DNA from: Fibrobacteria bacterium | Lineage (GTDB): Bacteria > Fibrobacterota > Fibrobacteria > UBA11236 | Assembly: GCA_043732185.1 (NCBI GenBank) | Contig: JAYTHY010000027.1 | Span: 1 to 15,197, forward strand | DNA: 15,197 nt | Direction of reading: 5' to 3' | Shown: positions 14,143-15,197 of the stretch, in pieces | How the letters are laid out: each line of letters starts with the position of its first letter | Numbering within the stretch: the first letter of the stretch is position 1 | Made by a program: the position numbers and the translations under genes | Notes under the pieces: generated by a model | The model's input: the letters and a program-made list of their open reading frames with translations, nothing else | Databases searched by the model: none | Told to the model about the DNA's origin: nothing

Positions 14143-15197
14143 ATGAAGGTGCTGCATTTGTTGGACACACTGGCCATGGGAGGCAAGGAGTCCTTTACCT
14201 TAGGCTTGTCCAAGGCTCAGAAGGCAACGGGCATGGACATCGCCGTGGCCACCTTTGACCCCGGCAATGCCTTCGAGACGGAATTGCAGGAAGCCGGAAT
14301 TCCTTGGTACCCGTTCTCGCGGCAAGGCGGGCTGGATTGGAGCCTGGTCAAACGTCTGCGGCACTTTATCACTACCGAGAATTTCGATCTTATCCACTGC
14401 CATGGAGAAAACCCGGCTTTCTATGGCGTCTTGGCGGGGATGAGCAAATTCGGACTGCCGATTCTTTTGACCGTCCATGCCAGCGACCGAAGCAGTATTC
14501 CGTGGCGGCACAGGCTGCAAAATATCTTTACCTATCGATGCTTGCGCCGCATTGTATGTGTTTCCCCGGCCATTGAATCGAGTTTGGTCAATCGGGAATT
14601 CGCGCCTAGGAAAAAAGTATCAACGCTGTACAACGGCATTCCCGCCCCGGTTATTCTGTCACAGGATGAGATTGGCAGCTTGCGGGAGAAAATGGGAATC
14701 GGCGCGGACAGGCCAGTGGTGATTTGCGTAGGACGCCTCCATCCTGTCAAGAATCACCTGCTTTTTCTAGACGCCTTTGCCCTGGCTTTGGAAAAGACTC
14801 CGGACCTATTGCTACTACTGGTTGGCGATGGCCCCCTGCGGGCAGAAACCGAGGCTAAGATTCTGGAACTCAAGATAGGTCCTCAAGTGCGCATGCTGGG
14901 ACTACGCAAGGATGTGGGCCCGTTGCTATCCTTGTCGGACATTTTTGCTCTGCCTTCCTGGAATGAAGGCCAGTCCATATCGTTACTAGAAGCTTGCAGT
15001 TTTGGACTGGGTATTGTGGCCAGCAACCGCGGCGGCAATCCTACCATTGTCCAGGATGGGGTTTCGGGCCTGCTGGTAGAACCCGATGATATTCAGGGAA
15101 TGGCTCAAGCCCTGACGCGCCTGGCGAGCGACAAAGGCCTAAAAAAAAGACTGGGCCAACAAGCAGCCCAGTCTTACAGTCAAAATTTCAGTTTGAA
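14143..15197 (+). CDS. Glycosyltransferase family 4, 3'-truncated by the window edge; not in ORF track
   Basis: Manual translation, open to the end of the window: MKVLHLLDTLAMGGKE...DLIHCH...LTVH...VCVS...LYNGI...VGRLHPVKNH...VGDGPLR...LGLRKDV...LPSWNEGQSISLLEA...NRGGNP.IV.DG.SGLLV. Confidence 0.93.
   Translation, partial: MKVLHLLDTLAMGGKESFTLGLSKAQKATGMDIAVATFDPGNAFETELQEAGIPWYPFSRQGGLDWSLVKRLRHFITTENFDLIHCHGENPAFYGVLAGMSKFGLPILLTVHASDRSSIPWRHRLQNIFTYRCLRRIVCVSPAIESSLVNREFAPRKKVSTLYNGIPAPVILSQDEIGSLREKMGIGADRPVVICVGRLHPVKNHLLFLDAFALALEKTPDLLLLLVGDGPLRAETEAKILELKIGPQVRMLGLRKDVGPLLSLSDIFALPSWNEGQSISLLEACSFGLGIVASNRGGNPTIVQDGVSGLLVEPDDIQGMAQALTRLASDKGLKKRLGQQAAQSYSQNFSL

Noticed and set aside
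14078..14170. 31-aa N-terminal extension of the ligase in the ORF track
   Set aside because: It would overlap the divergent GT4 start at 14143; the hydrophobic protein begins naturally at ATG 14077.
15141..15148. Homopolymer runs (A8 here; T7/A7 at 3142, 12683, 13363, 13827) as phase-variation tracts
   Set aside because: They are short A/T runs, all in frame, and expected from Lys/Phe codons; there are no long G/C tracts or SSRs.
1..15197. CRISPR array, tRNA/rRNA, transposase, JUMPStart/ops element
   Set aside because: I found no regularly spaced repeats, RNA-gene signatures, DDE/recombinase ORFs or GGCGGTAG ops core by eye; all intergenic gaps are under about 165 bp.

Overview
A 15.2 kb segment of a bacterial surface-polysaccharide/glycoconjugate biosynthesis locus. 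It holds 13 CDSs. Two are truncated by the window edges and missing from the ORF track: an AsnB-type amidotransferase at the left and a GT4 at the right. The set comprises four GT4-type glycosyltransferases, one GT2, an O-antigen-ligase/Wzy_C-like membrane protein, and a tailoring block (AT3-SGNH O-acyltransferase, stand-alone AT3, class I SAM methyltransferase). Embedded in the middle are an AAA_14/DUF4143 ATPase-nuclease gene and a tandem pair of secreted proteins I cannot assign to a family. The pair shares a gapless 256-aa His-rich core (about 72% identical by hand count) but differs in N-terminus, C-terminal tail and apparent mode of translation initiation, and it is the best candidate for an undescribed component. 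Several first genes of transcription units have a TAnnnT box 6-8 nt before the start codon and no Shine-Dalgarno, which suggests leaderless mRNAs. There is also a palindrome centred on the ATPase promoter and a densely self-complementary leader before the methyltransferase. I saw no RNA genes, CRISPR arrays or transposases. Family calls come from motif recognition only; no database searches were run.
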